Virus record (IMG/VR): IMGVR_UViG_3300029374_000341 | Location: 1 to 32,000 of that record | Length of the DNA: 32,000 bases | DNA from: a virus | Strand: one strand, 5' to 3' | Shown: positions 16,615-24,851 of the stretch, piece after piece | How the letters are laid out: each line of letters starts with the position of its first letter | Position numbering within the stretch: position 1 is the stretch's first letter | The notes under the pieces: generated by a model | Seen by the model: only the letters and a program-made list of their open reading frames with translations | Databases searched by the model: none | What the model was told of the DNA's origin: nothing | Program-made: the position numbers and the translations under genes

Positions 16615-17040
16615 TTATCCCTCCTTCTTTTGTTCTTTTATGAACTGCGCTAAACCATCAAACTTGCTTTTTTTCTTAATGCCCATAACTCTGTCTAATG
16701 ATTTTTGGTAGTTGTAAAATTTGTTGAAAGTTGTATACACTGGTTTCACCTTTTTGCCTGCTCTTTTTTTAGCTTGTGCAGACATATTCAGATACGCTTG
16801 TAAATGAATCTTGTATTCTTCATCCACCATTTCAAGTTCTTTAGACTTCATCAAAAGACGATATTCGTAAGGAGTAATATTATCTACCTGATCCAAGTTT
16901 TTGAATCCTAGATACCTAAAACAAGTCATAGCGACACGTTCATAAAATTCATTGAATGTTTCTTCTACTTCTTCTCTGCTTCCTGCGTGATCATCAGTGG
17001 CTTCACTTCTTTCTTGCACGCATTCGCTTGAGATAAAAAA
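16615..17040 (-). CDS. T-part of the tail assembly chaperone G-T fusion (reached by -1 frameshift)
   Basis: The -1 frame relative to ORF 16965-17336 is open from just upstream of the slip site through to 16615. It has no independent ATG/RBS (the track start is an internal GTG). Confidence 0.75.
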   Translation of the reverse strand, partial: FFISSECVQERSEATDDHAGSREEVEETFNEFYERVAMTCFRYLGFKNLDQVDNITPYEYRLLMKSKELEMVDEEYKIHLQAYLNMSAQAKKRAGKKVKPVYTTFNKFYNYQKSLDRVMGIKKKSKFDGLAQFIKEQKKEG

Positions 17041-17336
17041 TTGATTACATCCTCAAAAACTTTGTCGATATCATCAACGTCTTCTAAATAATTTTCGACA
17101 TCCGCTTTCTTCAATCTTGGTGTTTGTCCTACATTCATGTAGAAAATGCAATCTGCTAATGCATCAATATCACCATCAATGATGCTTGCAACCATAAATT
17201 TCAAGCCTACTTCTTTTTTCTTGCCTGTATTAGGTACATCTACAGTTACTTTTTTGTTTACCTCGTGCAAAAAACCAAATCCTGCTACTAGTTGATAAAT
17301 TTCTCCATTTACTTCAATTTCCATGCTTTTACTCAT
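16965..17336 (-). CDS. tail assembly chaperone (gpG-like)
   Basis: 123 aa between the major tail protein and the tape measure. Its 3' end overlaps the -1 frame ORF. Confidence 0.8.
   Translation of the reverse strand: MSKSMEIEVNGEIYQLVAGFGFLHEVNKKVTVDVPNTGKKKEVGLKFMVASIIDGDIDALADCIFYMNVGQTPRLKKADVENYLEDVDDIDKVFEDVINFLSQANACKKEVKPLMITQEAEKK
17034..17040 (-). promoter_or_regulatory. -1 programmed ribosomal frameshift slippery heptamer U UUU UUA
   Basis: Minus strand AAT TTT TTA (N F L in the G frame) has the X XXY YYZ configuration. The -1 frame stays open from there to 16615. Confidence 0.75.
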
Positions 17337-17360
17337 TTAAAGTCCTCACTTTCTAAATAC

Positions 17361-17387
17361 AAATATAAAAGGGGGCTTTTCTGCCCC
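17361..17387 (-). terminator. rho-independent terminator after the major tail gene
   Basis: Minus strand GGGGC-AGAAAA-GCCCC followed by CTTTTATATTT. Confidence 0.6.
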
Positions 17388-17398
17388 TCATGCGTTTA

Positions 17399-17935
17399 TT
17401 ACGCTTCCTTAGTTACATCCTTATAAACGTAAGATGCAATCTCCTGTTGTTCTTTAGTTACTGATGCATATCCATCTGCACCATTTCCATTTGCTCCAAA
17501 CGTTAAATCAACTTCCACAGAGCCTTCAGCTTCAGATGAAATCGAGCATTCTGTTAAATATCCTTGGTAGTATTTGGCTTTAAACTTACCAGCATTTGTT
17601 TCAGTTCCTTCTTCTGCTAGGTTTACTTCCCAACATTCGACTAATTCATCTGCCAACATAGCCTTTTCTAATTTATCAATGATTGCATCACCTTTTGGCA
17701 TAATAGATGTCGATGTGATTTCAATTTCTGCCACTGATGGTGTACGAATAGTTCCATCTTTTGTAGCAGTTGTATCTGCATCTTTTGTAACGTTTCGTTC
17801 GTTTTCTGTTGGGAAAGCAATTGCACTAGCATTTTCTTTCTTTGAATCTTTTGCAACTCTGAAAAGATAAATAAGCTGCTTACCATTTACCACTTCAATT
17901 ACTTTATCTGCGAACATTTGTAAATCAAATTTCAT
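17399..17935 (-). CDS. major tail protein (TP901-1 / Phage_tail_2-like)
   Basis: 178 aa at the canonical position before the chaperones. The N-terminus MKFDLQMFADK carries an L27-type Prp cleavage motif. Confidence 0.8.
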   Translation of the reverse strand: MKFDLQMFADKVIEVVNGKQLIYLFRVAKDSKKENASAIAFPTENERNVTKDADTTATKDGTIRTPSVAEIEITSTSIMPKGDAIIDKLEKAMLADELVECWEVNLAEEGTETNAGKFKAKYYQGYLTECSISSEAEGSVEVDLTFGANGNGADGYASVTKEQQEIASYVYKDVTKEA

Positions 17936-18345
17936 TATTTTCTTCCTCCTGTAATCTTAAAATCCAACTCAAGAACACCATGCATCAATGGTGCTCCTGT
18001 ACTTGAATCCGACAATATCCGTTGGTTGATATTTTGGATCATAAAAGCAAAATTGTTTGTGTGGTTAATTTGTCTAGCCACTTTCTTAATGATTTGCATG
18101 ATTTCAGATAACTCTCCACGCTTCCTAGGATTGTTGTGCCATACATCCACAACTTGCGTGATATTGCCTAGAATCATTGTTTTATTTCCATAATCGTCCA
18201 CTAGTTGACTTGAACCAATGTATACATACGGATATGGTGTCCCTTCACATGGAAGGAACGTATCATATACGCTAACTCCTTTGCTTTTTAACTCTTTTTT
18301 TAATTGCACTAGTAATGTACTAAATAATTCCTGCTGAGAATCCAT
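17935..18345 (-). CDS. tail completion / tail terminator protein (by position)
   Basis: 136 aa immediately upstream of the major tail gene. Size and order match neck/tail-terminator proteins of SPP1/HK97-like siphoviruses. Confidence 0.55.
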   Translation of the reverse strand: MDSQQELFSTLLVQLKKELKSKGVSVYDTFLPCEGTPYPYVYIGSSQLVDDYGNKTMILGNITQVVDVWHNNPRKRGELSEIMQIIKKVARQINHTNNFAFMIQNINQRILSDSSTGAPLMHGVLELDFKITGGRK

Positions 18346-18353
18346 ATCATCAC

Positions 18354-18701
18354 CTACTTAACTAGCTTTTTCATATCTGACTTGAACATTGGCACTTGTT
18401 GTTTGAACGCAGGCCTAACAAATGGTTGTGCATTCATGAAACGTGTTCCAAATTCAACGTAAGGTGCATAATGTGTTGTTGGTCCTTCTGCATATGTGAA
18501 TCCACCATCACGTGTTTCACCTCTGATACTTTTTTTAGTTGTTCCTATTGTATAGTCCCCTTTAAATACTGCATTTTTAACAGTTTTATTTTGCAATTCA
18601 ATACCGTTTTGTTTGACTACTGTTTTCACATCATCAAGTGTGCAGTTTTTCTTCAATTTCTTTTGGAGCTTATCTAATCCTCTTATTTCAACTTTTGCCA
18701 T
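18354..18701 (-). CDS. HK97 gp10-family neck/tail component
   Basis: 115 aa. MAKVEIRGLDKLQKKLKK...VEFGTRFMNAQPFVRPAF matches the HK97-gp10-like signature. Confidence 0.75.
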   Translation of the reverse strand: MAKVEIRGLDKLQKKLKKNCTLDDVKTVVKQNGIELQNKTVKNAVFKGDYTIGTTKKSIRGETRDGGFTYAEGPTTHYAPYVEFGTRFMNAQPFVRPAFKQQVPMFKSDMKKLVK

Positions 18702-19004
18702 TTATTTCACCTCAGACAGAATAAAAGACTCCTTTGTTCGGAGCCTACGTGAGTAATCAACTTTGTATTTATTTGTACCGATTCGAATATGATCAAAAGG
18801 TTTTTCATAGATATTCTGAATATGACAAGTAAGACTTCCTTGTTTGATTTGTCCGTATACCTGCATCATGGTTTCAGTTCTTGTATCCATTATGGAAGCC
18901 ATTACCATTTCTTCTACAATCGAATCATCTTCATAATTGCCTGTATTCTCGTTATAAGCACCTTGCACAAACTTTTGGAAGTAAATAGGTTTATCGTACC
19001 TCAT
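18702..19004 (-). CDS. head closure / head-tail adaptor protein (Phage_H_T_join-like)
   Basis: 100 aa. The call rests on position and size between the connector and the gp10-like protein. Confidence 0.55.
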   Translation of the reverse strand: MRYDKPIYFQKFVQGAYNENTGNYEDDSIVEEMVMASIMDTRTETMMQVYGQIKQGSLTCHIQNIYEKPFDHIRIGTNKYKVDYSRRLRTKESFILSEVK

Positions 19005-19330
19005 AAAAACCGAACCTTCCCTTTATTTTGATTGGCTTGTTCATCTCTCCAAGATTGAATCTCAGAAGAGAAAGAAGAGAAGTCATCATCATTAAATGAC
19101 ATTGACTCCCCTTCTACTGAATGTGTTTGAACACCTTCAGAACCAATCCTATTAAAGCGTTTGATGGACACTTCTGTAATGATATATTCGAGCTCATCCG
19201 GTATGATTTTGACGCTTAGAAGCGCTTTAAGTCGACCCTCCGTAAGTCTTACAATGGTATCTAGCTTTTCATCATCACTTTGCAAGCCAAGTAGCAGTTT
19301 TACATCATTTAATACGGTTGTTGTCGACAT
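19001..19330 (-). CDS. head-tail connector protein (gp6-like, Phage_connect_1)
   Basis: 109 aa directly after the major capsid gene. The N-terminal LNDVKLLLGLQSDDEKLDTIVRLTEGRLKALL pattern is typical of gp6-like connectors. Confidence 0.7.
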   Translation of the reverse strand: MSTTTVLNDVKLLLGLQSDDEKLDTIVRLTEGRLKALLSVKIIPDELEYIITEVSIKRFNRIGSEGVQTHSVEGESMSFNDDDFSSFSSEIQSWRDEQANQNKGKVRFL

Positions 19331-19340
19331 CTTTAATCAC

Positions 19341-20546
19341 CTATGCCTTTAAATCAACAACTACATCGCCTTTTGATACTGCTTTGTAGTTTTTGTCACA
19401 TTCAACTACTGTACAATGATTAGTTTCTGCTGCTTTAATATCTGCTCCTTCTTCGAAGTTCTTCCAAGATTTTACATCTGCACCATATGCCACTGTTTCT
19501 TCAGAAGCTCCTACCTTATATTTGAATTTGTTATTCATAGATTGTAACTGTTCTGCAACCGCTACTTTTGTAGTTCCTGTTTCTTCGCCTTGAGAAGCAG
19601 TCAATGTTAAATCACGTAATGTTTGAGTATCGGCATCACCTACTGCAAAGTGTGCAATTGCATCTTGATATTCGCACATTAAACGTAATCCCATGATTGC
19701 GAACATATCAGAAATAGCACGATCATAGTTTCCTTCTACATGGAATCCTAAGAAGCCAGTAGTACTGTCAGTAGTATATGAAAGTCCTGCTTTTACAAAT
19801 TCAGAATCACTTGGATCTACATAATATGCAATGATGTTGTTCATTGGAGTTGCTACTACTGTTTTTTCTGCAACTCGGTCTGTTAAGAATACAATATCTG
19901 CTCCTAAAAAGTTTTTAATGTAAGTCAAACCAAATGCAGTCTGCATAGATACTTTAGCTTCTCCTAAATAGCGATATGCATCCAAAGTATTTACGAATAC
20001 AACAATACCAGTGGTATTTCGTTTCATTTGTTGGAATTTGTGTTTAACATTACCGATTGCCATTGCGATAGCCATTTGCCAAGTAGCTTCATGACCTACT
20101 AAGCTACCTGAATTCAACTGTTTATATAAGCGATCAGTGATGTTATCTTGCAAATCAATACGGAACTGTTCGTCAGTATCAGATACTGCAGCTTCATATC
20201 CTTTCTCTGCAATTGCTTCAATAGAAACGGCTTTGCGGAATTTCTCGATTCGAATTGTATCGAACACTTCTTCTTCAACTTTGTATTCGCTTAATGGAAT
20301 TGATTCACCTTCTGCTACCTTTCCATCCTGTAATGTTCCTGTTACTTTCTTTGTTTTTAAAACAGAACCGTTTGCTTTACGGATTGGACGAATGATTCCT
20401 AATACATCCAATAAAGCTTGGATGTTCTTTCCAAAACTAGTAACGAAATCAATTTCGTGTGCTCTAACTTGGATGTTACCTGCTCCTGTTAATCCTGTAG
20501 GTGCTGCAAACATTTGTAAGTTCATGCCTTTATAAATTTTTTTCAT
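19341..20546 (-). CDS. major capsid protein (HK97 fold, 80alpha/SPP1-like module)
   Basis: 401 aa after the scaffold gene. N-terminus MKKIYKGMNLQMFAAPTG carries the Prp-type cleavage motif. AGAGG SD. Confidence 0.85.
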   Translation of the reverse strand: MKKIYKGMNLQMFAAPTGLTGAGNIQVRAHEIDFVTSFGKNIQALLDVLGIIRPIRKANGSVLKTKKVTGTLQDGKVAEGESIPLSEYKVEEEVFDTIRIEKFRKAVSIEAIAEKGYEAAVSDTDEQFRIDLQDNITDRLYKQLNSGSLVGHEATWQMAIAMAIGNVKHKFQQMKRNTTGIVVFVNTLDAYRYLGEAKVSMQTAFGLTYIKNFLGADIVFLTDRVAEKTVVATPMNNIIAYYVDPSDSEFVKAGLSYTTDSTTGFLGFHVEGNYDRAISDMFAIMGLRLMCEYQDAIAHFAVGDADTQTLRDLTLTASQGEETGTTKVAVAEQLQSMNNKFKYKVGASEETVAYGADVKSWKNFEEGADIKAAETNHCTVVECDKNYKAVSKGDVVVDLKA

Positions 20547-20573
20547 ATGTAATTAACCTCTTTCTATTTATAT

Positions 20574-21209
20574 TTACTGGAATAAATCCATATTTTCCGC
20601 AATCATGCGTTGTCTTTCCATTGGATCAGGGATACTCAAGATTGATTCACGAGTTACCCCTTTGTTTGAACCTCCACGTTTAGGACCGTTTCCTTTCAGT
20701 TTATCTTTAACTGCTTTTTCTACTTCAGATTCAAACATCTTAACAAATGCATCAACCGCTTTCTTTGTTTTATCTGCATCTTTATTAACTAGAACAGATA
20801 AAAGGTCATCTCCAACGTTAATATCACGCTCTGCGCACATTTTACGTGCTTCATTTGTCATTTCTGCGATTGCGTTTTTTGCTTTCAATTCATCTAGCTC
20901 TTTTTGCACTTTGTCACGTTCTGCTTCTGCTCGTTCTTGTGCATTCATTTCGGCTAAGCGCTTAGCTTCTGCTTTTTCTTTTTCTTGATCTGCTTTCCAA
21001 CGTGCAAACCTTTTATCAAGAATCGCATCCAAATCTTTATCTGAATATTTCTTTTCAGATGATTTGTCTTTTTCTTGGTTGTCTTGTCCCTCAGTTGATT
21101 GAGTCTGAGTTGATTGAGTGTTTTCTGCTCCTGTACTCTCATTCTCACCTGAAGTTTCATCTGCAAAAAGTTGTAAGCAAAAAGGTAGTCTGTCATTGAA
21201 TTTTTTCAT
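20574..21209 (-). CDS. capsid scaffolding protein (DUF4355-like)
   Basis: 211 aa from the ATG at 21209 (AGGAGG 9 nt upstream). Acidic and helical, with YSDKDLDAILDKRFARWKADQEKEK. N-terminus MKKFNDRLPFCLQLFADETSG carries the Prp motif. Confidence 0.85.
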   Translation of the reverse strand: MKKFNDRLPFCLQLFADETSGENESTGAENTQSTQTQSTEGQDNQEKDKSSEKKYSDKDLDAILDKRFARWKADQEKEKAEAKRLAEMNAQERAEAERDKVQKELDELKAKNAIAEMTNEARKMCAERDINVGDDLLSVLVNKDADKTKKAVDAFVKMFESEVEKAVKDKLKGNGPKRGGSNKGVTRESILSIPDPMERQRMIAENMDLFQ

Positions 21210-21298
21210 ATATATTTTTCCTCCTATTTTTCTGACTTTGCTTGTCAATTTCCCATATCTTTTTAAGGCATAAATGCTTGGCCTATAACCCATACAGT

Positions 21299-21466
21299 TT
21301 AACGACGTGAATGCTTGGTCTTGTTTGGTAGTGTGGATATGTAGACTTTATAAGTCTTGGCTTTTCCACAAAAAATGCACCGTTGATTACGTACTTCAAC
21401 GATGCATTCTAGCCATTGATCATAATATTGTCTTTCGACACGCTCCAAATATTTGTGATTACACAT
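21299..21466 (-). CDS. small Cys-containing ORF (55 aa), unknown function
   Basis: Below the track cutoff. Its ATG overlaps the Prp stop (GATGTGTAA). MCNHKYLERVERQYYDQWLECIVEVRNQRCIFCGKAKTYKVYISTLPNKTKHSRR*. The CxxC plus upstream Cys/His suggest a possible zinc ribbon. Confidence 0.35.
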   Translation of the reverse strand: MCNHKYLERVERQYYDQWLECIVEVRNQRCIFCGKAKTYKVYISTLPNKTKHSRR

Positions 21467-21767
21467 CTTTCAGTTCCACACATTCAGGATATGCTTCTTC
21501 TGTGCCTTTGCAGCCTATTCTGAAGAAATTAATTGCTAGTTCTCCAGCAAGGTCCAAACCCGAGATATACAACGTCTTGCTATCTTTATCAGGTTCGTAA
21601 TATCTGCAAAGTGCATCCGATGTTTCGTCGATTGAAATGGCCAATGTCAAAAATAGTACTGAGATAGCGCTGCAGACGATATCCTTTCCTATCGGAGCGT
21701 AACGAGCATGGCCATGCACTTCAATCAGGCAATCACTTTCTGTCTGTTTAATTTTAATTTTTATCAC
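21459..21767 (-). CDS. prp: Prp-like cysteine protease (ribosomal-processing cysteine protease / DUF464 family homologue)
   Basis: 102 aa with a GTG start and GGGAG SD. MIKIKIK...IEVHGHARYAPIGKDIVCSAISVL reproduces the Prp His/Cys dyad context (GHA......G.DiVCAavS). Located between the head-morphogenesis and scaffold genes. Confidence 0.7.
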   Translation of the reverse strand: MIKIKIKQTESDCLIEVHGHARYAPIGKDIVCSAISVLFLTLAISIDETSDALCRYYEPDKDSKTLYISGLDLAGELAINFFRIGCKGTEEAYPECVELKDV

Positions 21768-21785
21768 ATAGTATCACTCCCTTGC

Positions 21786-21814
21786 ATAATAAAAGGCCAC
21801 TCATTTGAGTGACC
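21786..21814 (-). terminator. rho-independent terminator inside the head module
   Basis: Minus strand GGTCACTC-AAAT-GAGTGGCC (8 bp including one G.U) followed by TTTTATTAT. Confidence 0.55.
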
Positions 21815-21835
21815 TGTGTTTTAAAGTTAAAATCT

Positions 21836-22054
21836 TTAGCACCAAGCAACAGTGCCTGCCTTTTCTCCTGCTGAAATGCCCCATAGAGCATGGCCTGCAT
21901 AATACTGCTTAACATCAACGGATGACTGTTCTAACACTTCGCGATTCCCGTCATCGTATATCGCAACTTTTCCTTTTGCGTTTGGGTCTATGTCAGGTGA
22001 AAACAAATACACATATCTGCCATTTTTATATTCTAATAGCTCAAATGTAATCAT
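21836..22054 (-). CDS. small protein of unknown function downstream of the MuF-domain gene
   Basis: 72 aa with a strong AGAGGTGG SD. MITFELLEYKNGRYVYLFSPD...YYAGHALWGISAGEKAGTVAWC. Followed by a terminator. Confidence 0.6.
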   Translation of the reverse strand: MITFELLEYKNGRYVYLFSPDIDPNAKGKVAIYDDGNREVLEQSSVDVKQYYAGHALWGISAGEKAGTVAWC

Positions 22055-22078
22055 TTTACCACCTCTTTCTATATGAAA

Positions 22079-23503
22079 TTATACATCATGGTCCTTAAGA
22101 TACTCAAGCAATTCTTTTTGATAATTATATATTTTTTGGACTCTTTCATGACTATCTTCATATATAACATCGAGGCTATCTTGCATTTCTTTCTCTTCAG
22201 CTAATTCATGATTTAACATTGTTATATCGTGTTTTTGAATATCCTTTCCCTGTCTTAGTCTAAGCCAAGAATGTGCCATATAATAGTCAGGGTCAAACTT
22301 TTTTATTTCTCCACTTCTAAATTTATGTTTGCGAATAAACACATGTTCATATATATTACTTACCTCTTCCTCTGTAAAACCTGAATTTTTAGCTACTTGT
22401 TTTATTTCATAAGACTTTTTTCTATTTGTAATTTGAGCGTACAGTGCTTTTGCAATCTCGTCTCTTTTTTTATAGTTTGGGTCATTTTCATTATTCCAAG
22501 CGCCATTTAATGCACCAGAGTTATTTGTTTTGGCCTCTAGTTCTTTCCACTCGTCAAACCTTAGATCATGCTCTCCATTTGCTAATCCATCTAGCCATTT
22601 CTCGTATACTCCTCTATCTGAATAAGGTGCTGTTGCACAATGACAATTTGGATGCATAGGTGGAGCGTTATCGCCTATTTTCATGTCTTTAAGCTTGAAT
22701 GTTTTGCCATCCATTTCTTTACACAAAGGACACACATCTTTTAAGCTACACGCTATGTATTCATACTCATCTATTCCGTTTGCTTCGTAAGATTCAATCT
22801 GCGCTTGTGTTTGAACTCGTGCAATCTCGGTTCTTAACAATCTTTCTGCATTGCATCTTGATACATCGAACTTTTTACGAATGAGCGGAATAAATTCTCT
22901 AGGATTCTTGCCTTGAATCAATGCATTGGATAAAACACTGGATAAACTGTTTTTTAACTGGTCTTGATTGACCCAAATTCGTTCTGAAAAGGTTGCGTTC
23001 TTAAAAGATGAATCTGCTACTGCTTTGGCTGTCTTCGCATTGTCAATCACTGTATCACCTAAGATAGAAGCATTACGTTTGATCTCTTCTAAATACGCAC
23101 CTTCTAGCTTATCACCAGTATACGACTTCAATTCGTCATGGCCTGCCACAAGCTCTAATCCAATGTTTGCTTTTAAAAGTTCCAATCGGTTGACTTTCAT
23201 TGCAAGATTATAAAGTCTCATCTGTTCATTGGCTTCATCTGAAAAGTTCTTTTCCTTTACATACTTCTTAGCTTTTCTTTTATATGCCTCAATATCTATG
23301 TTTGAAACTCTTTTTTTAGCTTCTGCCATAGTAATGTTTTCTTTATTTGCATAGCGAGTAAAAAAGGATTCGATTTCCTTTTCAACCGAATCCATCATAT
23401 TTGCATATATTTCTTGTATCTCATCCGCATATTCCTGTTCATCTTTTAAGCGTTCCTTTTTCCATTCAAGCTCACGATCTCGCCAATATGTTTTACTGCT
23501 CAT
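22079..23503 (-). CDS. head morphogenesis protein, SPP1 gp7 / Mu F family, with ~170-aa C-terminal extension
   Basis: 474 aa from the ATG at 23503. The MuF signature ACSLKDVCPLCKEMDGKTF...DNAPPMHPNCHCATAPY lies near residues 250-300, followed by an unassigned C-terminal domain. Confidence 0.85.
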   Translation of the reverse strand: MSSKTYWRDRELEWKKERLKDEQEYADEIQEIYANMMDSVEKEIESFFTRYANKENITMAEAKKRVSNIDIEAYKRKAKKYVKEKNFSDEANEQMRLYNLAMKVNRLELLKANIGLELVAGHDELKSYTGDKLEGAYLEEIKRNASILGDTVIDNAKTAKAVADSSFKNATFSERIWVNQDQLKNSLSSVLSNALIQGKNPREFIPLIRKKFDVSRCNAERLLRTEIARVQTQAQIESYEANGIDEYEYIACSLKDVCPLCKEMDGKTFKLKDMKIGDNAPPMHPNCHCATAPYSDRGVYEKWLDGLANGEHDLRFDEWKELEAKTNNSGALNGAWNNENDPNYKKRDEIAKALYAQITNRKKSYEIKQVAKNSGFTEEEVSNIYEHVFIRKHKFRSGEIKKFDPDYYMAHSWLRLRQGKDIQKHDITMLNHELAEEKEMQDSLDVIYEDSHERVQKIYNYQKELLEYLKDHDV

Positions 23504-24851
23504 CGTTTTGTGAATCCTCATTATTTTGGAAGATTCGGTTTTCAGTTTCTACCATATCATTCTCATCTTCCTTTTTGATACGTTCCAATTCGGCATTCGT
23601 ATCTTCAACTGCCGAGATAAATGACAATTGGGTTTCGTGAGACACGATTCCTGATAATTGTGCAGCAGTCTGTGCTTCTTCTAATAAGTTTGCAGGATAA
23701 TTTTGTGTAAACTTGTATTCAACCTCAAGCCAGTCGTCTTCAGAACGATGTGTGATCGCATTACTAAATAAGACTCGATATCTACGATTCATTCCAGACG
23801 TGAACTTTCGCTCTTTCGCTTTTGCCAGGTTTGACATAGAAAGAAGTTTATATCTCAATGCAATTCCTGATGACGTTCCAAAGTTCTCATCATTGATATT
23901 GGCCACCATTGAGTTTTGGAAGATTAAGCGTTCTAATCTGTTGATCAGATTTTCCTGTGTTGCATCTGCATTTGGCTTTGACATGAAATCAACTACAATT
24001 CCATCACCACTTCCATCCATTGACTCAAAGTTAATTGTTCGATTATCACGAATGTGTACTAAATCAGACTCTTCTAATTTTGGGCCTAAGATTTTTAAAT
24101 AGGCATCAGCAAAATAATCAACATCATTTGCTTTTTCTGACATTGCCTTATTATAAGCATTAATCAAACTGTATGTTGATTCAAAAATAGACATACGTTC
24201 TTCATTCTCAATAAATTCAGTGGCCGGAATATCATTGAATCCATGCTCTACGCCATTAAATACATGAAGGCCACCTTTATCGTTGAACTCATACTTATAT
24301 GTTTTGTCGTAGATATATCCACGCATAACCTCGTCTACAATCTGATATGTTACAAAATATCTAGGTTTCTGAACTGTTGATTCATCATAAACCATGAAGC
24401 CTTCTCTTGGATCTAAATAGGTAATCCCTAGATTTCCATAATCATCATTGAAATACAATTCATATCCTTTTCCAAAAACACTACAAATCTTAGATAGTTC
24501 TGCATTGTTGTCGTCTTGGTCATTGTATTTATCTAGCAAGTTGATATAATCATCAATTTCTTTTTTCTTTGATGAGACTTTGATTGGAACACCAATAAAA
24601 AAACCGTTGAATGTATCAACAATGTATTTTGCAAAGTTGACCACAACACGGTTATCGGGTTTATAGGCTTCTTTGTTGGCTTGATGCAAGATTGGATAAT
24701 CACCAATATAGGCATCAAATAGCTTTTTATATCTGTTTGTGATTAACGATTTATGCTTTGTTATCAATCCATTCAACACTTCAATGTCAAGGATATCTTT
24801 ATCATCAGATAGCTTAAATATCGTATCCGGTTTAATAATGTATGCGTTCAT
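23493..24851 (-). CDS. portal protein, SPP1 gp6 family
   Basis: 452 aa directly after TerL (TAATG overlap). Size, acidic C-tail and position are typical of SPP1-type portals. Confidence 0.88.
   Translation of the reverse strand: MNAYIIKPDTIFKLSDDKDILDIEVLNGLITKHKSLITNRYKKLFDAYIGDYPILHQANKEAYKPDNRVVVNFAKYIVDTFNGFFIGVPIKVSSKKKEIDDYINLLDKYNDQDDNNAELSKICSVFGKGYELYFNDDYGNLGITYLDPREGFMVYDESTVQKPRYFVTYQIVDEVMRGYIYDKTYKYEFNDKGGLHVFNGVEHGFNDIPATEFIENEERMSIFESTYSLINAYNKAMSEKANDVDYFADAYLKILGPKLEESDLVHIRDNRTINFESMDGSGDGIVVDFMSKPNADATQENLINRLERLIFQNSMVANINDENFGTSSGIALRYKLLSMSNLAKAKERKFTSGMNRRYRVLFSNAITHRSEDDWLEVEYKFTQNYPANLLEEAQTAAQLSGIVSHETQLSFISAVEDTNAELERIKKEDENDMVETENRIFQNNEDSQNDEQ

Noticed and set aside
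13743-16643. Plus-strand ORFs of 60-124 aa inside the tape measure gene (13743-13934, 15093-15311, 15339-15632, 15840-16214, 16404-16643), plus minus-strand 15082-15270
   Set aside because: They lie antisense to, or out of frame within, a 1006-aa ORF with strong context. They have low-complexity composition and no RBS, which is typical of shadow ORFs. The same reasoning applies to 8198-8416, 8583-8768, 8696-8920, 10137-10388, 10919-11158, 11445-11648, 17574-17870, 17668-17886, 18396-18677, 18789-19031, 19161-19352, 20137-20535, 20605-21199, 22444-23213, 23401-24102, 24533-24718, 25009-25278, 26066-26338, 28937-29164, 29196-29384 and 31517-31873.
21210-21293. N-terminal extension of the scaffold ORF (MGYRPSIYALKRYGKLTSKVRKIGGKIY)
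   Set aside because: There is no SD at 21293. The ATG at 21209 has AGGAGG and places the LQLF|A motif at the position seen in the capsid and tail proteins.
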